This document shows, piece by piece, positions 45,934-49,313 of a stretch of 49,313 bases of DNA. The DNA is from an uncultured Thermotogae bacterium. Lineage in GTDB: Bacteria; Bipolaricaulota; Bipolaricaulia; M55B111. The notes beneath the pieces are model-generated. The model had not been told where the DNA came from and did not search any database. It saw only the letters and a program-made list of their open reading frames with translations. How positions within the stretch are numbered: position 1 is the first letter of the stretch; every line of letters starts with the position of its first letter. Location of the stretch: assembly GCA_964506635.1 (NCBI GenBank), contig CAZDMI010000002.1:1-49313 (forward strand). Reading direction: 5' to 3'. The position numbers and the translations under genes are program-made.

Positions 45934-46979
45934 CGGACACTAGAAGAGCCGCGATAGTCGGCGGGTCGGGTTATACCGGAGGAGAGCTGATCCGGATCCT
46001 GGTTAACCATCCGAATATCGATCTGGCTGCGGTAACTTCCAGAAAAAACGAAGGCAGGTCGGTTAGCAAACTCCACCCGAATTTGAGGGATAAAACCGAG
46101 CTGAGTTTCGTAAAGCCGGACGAACTGACCGCGGAATTCACCGACCTCGACCTGCTCTTCACCGCTTTGCCTCACGGTAAATCGATGGAGCTGATGGAAG
46201 AATACCTTCCGCTTTCGGAGAAGATAATCGACCTCTCCGGTGACTTCAGGCTGAACAGCCCGGAAGAGTACGAGCACTGGTACGGAGAGGAACACGTGTC
46301 ACCCGGGTTGAACGAGCAATTTACCTACGGGCTGCCGGAACTGCACAGGGACGAGATCGTCGGTTCCGATTACGTTGCCTCGCCAGGTTGTACGGCAACG
46401 GCAGCAATAGTCCCGCTATACCCGATCACCTCGGAACTGGGCGAGGGAATAATCCGGATAGCCGTCGATTCGAAGGTCGGCTCCTCCGCGGGCGGGGCAA
46501 AGGTCAATCCTGGAAGCCACCACCCGGAAAGGCGCGGTGTCGTCCGGAGCTACATGCCAACCGGACACAGACACACGGCCGAAATGGAGCAGGAACTCGG
46601 GACGACGGTATCCTTTTCACCGCACGGCGTGGAGACCGTGAGAGGGATTCTCAGCACGATCCACGTGCTTTACGATGACGTCCCGGGGCTCGGAGACGTC
46701 TGGCAGGCACTGAGAAAACACTACGAGGACGAGCACTTCGTCAGGTTCGTCAACGAGCGGAAGGGACTTTACCGCTATCCGGAGCCAAAATTGCTCAATG
46801 GAACCAATACAGTGGAGATAGGCTTCGAGCTCGGCCAGCGCGACGACCGGCTCGTTCTGATGGCGGCAATCGACAACCTGGTCAAGGGAGCAGCGGGCCA
46901 GGCGGTTCAGTCAGCCAACCTGTCCTGCGGTTACGAAGAAACCGCCGGTCTGGAACGAACGGGCCTGCACCCAATTTAA
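45930..46979 (+). CDS. lysY: [LysW]-aminoadipyl/glutamyl-phosphate reductase (ArgC/LysY)
   Basis: [16 protein letters not shown] and the active-site Cys in [13 protein letters not shown] overlap with the preceding gene. Confidence 0.9.
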   Translation: MTDTRRAAIVGGSGYTGGELIRILVNHPNIDLAAVTSRKNEGRSVSKLHPNLRDKTELSFVKPDELTAEFTDLDLLFTALPHGKSMELMEEYLPLSEKIIDLSGDFRLNSPEEYEHWYGEEHVSPGLNEQFTYGLPELHRDEIVGSDYVASPGCTATAAIVPLYPITSELGEGIIRIAVDSKVGSSAGGAKVNPGSHHPERRGVVRSYMPTGHRHTAEMEQELGTTVSFSPHGVETVRGILSTIHVLYDDVPGLGDVWQALRKHYEDEHFVRFVNERKGLYRYPEPKLLNGTNTVEIGFELGQRDDRLVLMAAIDNLVKGAAGQAVQSANLSCGYEETAGLERTGLHPI

Positions 46980-46993
46980 GGACGGAGGAAGTC

Positions 46994-47788
46994 ATGCTAG
47001 TAGTAAAAATAGGTGGCAGCGACAAAATAGACTACGAAAGTTTTCTCGCGGACCTTGCCGGTTACGAGGACTGGATTCTGCTTCACGGTGGTTCGCACGA
47101 GCTGGACAGGATTTCCGAGGAGCTGGGCCACCCTCCTAGGTTCGTCGAGTCCGTTTCCGGCTATACCAGCCGTTACACGGACGAGGAAACGGTTGACCTG
47201 ATCAACATGGTCTATCCAGGCAAGATGAACAAGTTCATCGTCGAGGAACTGCAACAACTGGGAGTGAACGCCTTCGGCTTCTCCGGCCTGGATGGCAGGG
47301 TACTCGAGTGCAAGAGGAAATCCAGTCTAAAAATTAAGAAGGAGGGCAAGAAGGTCGTCCTCCGGGGAGAGCACAGCGGGATAATCAAGCAGGTCAATAA
47401 AGAACCAGTTGAAGCACTGATCTCGGCCGGCTACAGCCCGGTTTTGACGATCCCGGCGGTCACATTTGACGGGGTCGCAGTCAACGTCGATGGTGACAGA
47501 GCGGCGGCCGAAGTCGGGAGCGCCTTTTCCGCTGACAAGTTGCTTCTTCTGTCCGACGTACCCGGCCTACTGAAGGACGTCGACGATGAAGACAGTTTAG
47601 TCGAACAAATCGATCAAGGCGACATTGAGTCCTATTCGGAGGATTACGCCGAGGGCAGGATGGAAAAGAAGTTAATGGGAGCGGGAGAAGCAATTGAAAA
47701 CGGGGTCAGCTCCGTAATACTGGGCGACGGAACCGGGGAACAACCGGTCACCAAGGCCCTAAACGGCGGAGGAACGAAAATTTCATAG
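46994..47788 (+). CDS. lysZ: [LysW]-aminoadipate/glutamate kinase (ArgB/LysZ), amino-acid kinase family
   Basis: VVKIGGS N-terminus, NVDGDRAAAEV and LLLLSDVPGLL. SD GGAGGA. Confidence 0.85.
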   Translation: MLVVKIGGSDKIDYESFLADLAGYEDWILLHGGSHELDRISEELGHPPRFVESVSGYTSRYTDEETVDLINMVYPGKMNKFIVEELQQLGVNAFGFSGLDGRVLECKRKSSLKIKKEGKKVVLRGEHSGIIKQVNKEPVEALISAGYSPVLTIPAVTFDGVAVNVDGDRAAAEVGSAFSADKLLLLSDVPGLLKDVDDEDSLVEQIDQGDIESYSEDYAEGRMEKKLMGAGEAIENGVSSVILGDGTGEQPVTKALNGGGTKIS

Positions 47789-47798
47789 ATAGAGGTAA

Positions 47799-48980
47799 AT
47801 GGTGAGAAAAATGGACGTTTTCGAGAAGGAAGACAGGTTTTCGACCGGAGTTTACTCGCGCCAGGACCTGCAGCTCGTCAGAGGTTCCGGAACGAAAGTG
47901 TACGACGAGGAAGGAAACGAATACCTCGATCTAACCACGGGCATTGGTGTGGCGGCCGTAGGTCACGCGAACGAAAAGGTGGCCGAAGCAGTTAAGGATC
48001 AGTCCGAAAAACTGATGACGTGTTCACCGGCCTACTTCTACAACGAGGTCAGGGCCGAGCTTCTGGAGAAATTGGCAGAGATAACGCCGGAAGGCCTAAA
48101 CCAGTCCTTCCTCTGCAATTCGGGTACTGAGGCCATAGAGGCCAGTCTCAAGTTCGCCCGTCATCACACCGGCAAGAAAGAGATAATAGCAACGATGCGA
48201 GGCTTTCACGGTAGAACGCTCGGTTCGCTCAGCGCTACCTGGAAACGGAAATACAGCCAGCCATTTAAGCCGCTGGTTCCTGGGTTCAGTCACGTACCAT
48301 ACGGTGACCTGGATCAGTTAGAAGAGGAGATCTCGGACGAAACGGCCGCAGTGCTGCTCGAACCGATACAGGGGGAAGGCGGAATTCATACGCCACCGGA
48401 AGGTTACCTGACCGGCGTCAGGGAAATCTGCGATCAATACGGAGTATTGCTCGTTCTTGACGAAGTCCAGACGGGATTCGGCAGAACCGGGGAGATGTTC
48501 GCCGGCGATCACTGGGGAATCAAACCGGACGTAATGGCTCTCGCCAAGGCCATGGGCGGCGGCGCTCCGATAGGAGCATCGGTGGTCAGTGAGAACATGG
48601 AGTTTTCACCCGGCCTACACGGAAGCACTTTCGGCGGCAACCCCTTAACCGCGGCAGGGGCACTGGCAGCTATTAATTACATCCAGGAGGAAAACCTCGT
48701 TGAACTCGCCCGGGAGCGGGGAGGGCAGTTCAAGGAGGGACTTGAAGAAATAGCAGAAGAACACGGCAAGGTGATCCGGGAGGTTAGAGGGCTGGGCCTG
48801 ATGCTAGCGCTCCAGCTAAGAAAGAAAGCAGGACCCTACCTGGATGCTCTAATGGAAAAGGGAATACTCGCCCTGCCGGCCGGTTCGTCCGTGCTCAGGT
48901 TCCTGCCGCCGCTGGAGATCAGCCCGGAGGAGATCGAACGTGTTATTAAAACACTGGATCAGGTTTTAGAAGACTTTTAA
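47799..48980 (+). CDS. lysJ: Class III PLP aminotransferase (ArgD/LysJ)
   Basis: CNSGTEAIEA, LVLDEVQTGFGRTG and the PLP-Lys context ALAKAMGGG. The start is ambiguous among ATG 47799, GTG 47802 and ATG 47811. Confidence 0.9.
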   Translation: MVRKMDVFEKEDRFSTGVYSRQDLQLVRGSGTKVYDEEGNEYLDLTTGIGVAAVGHANEKVAEAVKDQSEKLMTCSPAYFYNEVRAELLEKLAEITPEGLNQSFLCNSGTEAIEASLKFARHHTGKKEIIATMRGFHGRTLGSLSATWKRKYSQPFKPLVPGFSHVPYGDLDQLEEEISDETAAVLLEPIQGEGGIHTPPEGYLTGVREICDQYGVLLVLDEVQTGFGRTGEMFAGDHWGIKPDVMALAKAMGGGAPIGASVVSENMEFSPGLHGSTFGGNPLTAAGALAAINYIQEENLVELARERGGQFKEGLEEIAEEHGKVIREVRGLGLMLALQLRKKAGPYLDALMEKGILALPAGSSVLRFLPPLEISPEEIERVIKTLDQVLEDF

Positions 48981-48992
48981 CAAAACATGTCG

Positions 48993-49182
48993 AATGCTCA
49001 AAAACGAGAGAGTACATTGTCGTTTAAGAGCATTTCAGTGACCGTCCAGGAAAATCCCGTCGGAGACCGAGCGGGCATGGTTCCGCCCTTTCTCCGAAAG
49101 GGCGGGGAGCGAGGTCGAGAGAGGAAGCGCTGATTTCCGCGCCGGGGAAATCACGCGCGGTTTTATCGGACGGTGACTGAAA
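48993..49182 (+). ncRNA. Candidate structured RNA / cis-regulatory leader (class unresolved)
   Basis: Nested and tandem stems. (1) AATGCTC..AAACGA (48993-49007) with TCGTTT..GAGCATT (49020-49034). (2) Closing stem TTTCAGTGACCGTCC (49033-49047) with GGACGGTGACTGAAA (49168-49182), 14 of 15 bp. (3) Inner hairpin CCGCCCTTT/AAAGGGCGG (49083-49105). (4) Inner hairpin GCGCTGATTTCC/GGAAATCACGCGC (49127-49158). An SD (AGGAGGT) and the ATG at 49303 of the next gene follow. Confidence 0.35.
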
Positions 49183-49313
49183 GGCGATAAAAACCCGTAA
49201 AAAGATAAATTTAAGAAAATGACGTATTAAACCATTTTTGCCTGAATTTTAACGTGAAAAGCAAGGTACACTTATGGCCCAGTTTTAAATAGGAGGTCCA
49301 AAATGCACGACGT

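Noticed and set aside
49075-49200. Assignment of the structured element to the ykkC/guanidine-I riboswitch class
   Set aside because: Only a few short strings match my memory of the consensus, and the characteristic 3' GGGA...AAAAGCCCGGGAGA segment is not clearly present. It needs a covariance-model search.
1-49313. Scan for CRISPR arrays, defence-system genes (nucleases, helicases, STAND/AAA ATPases, TA pairs), prophage or integrase genes
   Set aside because: No regularly spaced direct repeats and no such gene families are recognisable. The only mobile-DNA trace is the IstB remnant.

Overview
The 49.3-kb window is almost fully coding. It has about 38 supportable CDS, one degraded IS remnant, and no rRNA, tRNA or CRISPR. 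Most proteins are strikingly rich in Asp/Glu, which looks like a salt-in halophile proteome. GGAGG-type ribosome-binding sites are common. The lineage cannot be fixed from the sequence: bacterial-type traits (GntR regulator, IS21 remnant, SPase-I-type signal peptide on the solute-binding protein) sit beside enzymes better known from archaea (AOR, Ftr, MtmB, LysW).

Three blocks are visible.

(1) 0.2-19.4 kb, mostly + strand. This is an unusual catabolic cluster: two tungsten-type aldehyde:ferredoxin oxidoreductases (AOR), an FGGY kinase, a DhnA/LsrF-type aldolase, two COG0402-type aminohydrolases, a D-hydantoinase/dihydropyrimidinase, a PreA-type dihydropyrimidine-dehydrogenase-like FeS flavoprotein, a Zn alcohol dehydrogenase, an aldo-keto reductase and an Ftr-like formyltransferase. 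A corrinoid protein and a MtmB-family methyltransferase with no in-frame amber (pyrrolysine) codon follow. I consider this block the best candidate for an undescribed system, namely anaerobic N-heterocycle or N-methyl-amine catabolism.

(2) 19.7-35.7 kb. This is a glycoside (probably mannoside) uptake and processing locus: SDR, Gfo/Idh/MocA oxidoreductase, ABC importer (binding protein plus two permeases, no ATPase), cytoplasmic GH38 alpha-mannosidase, mannose-6-phosphate isomerase, M19 dipeptidase, GntR regulator and a cytoplasmic Cys-type sulfatase.

(3) 35.9-49.0 kb, visibly GC-richer. This is arginine/lysine biosynthesis: argG-argH-carA-carB on the - strand, diverging from lysW (54 aa, absent from the supplied ORF track), two LysX/ArgX ATP-grasp ligases, lysY/argC, lysZ/argB and lysJ/argD. 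A roughly 190-nt multi-stem RNA-like element follows, before a new gene that starts at the window edge.
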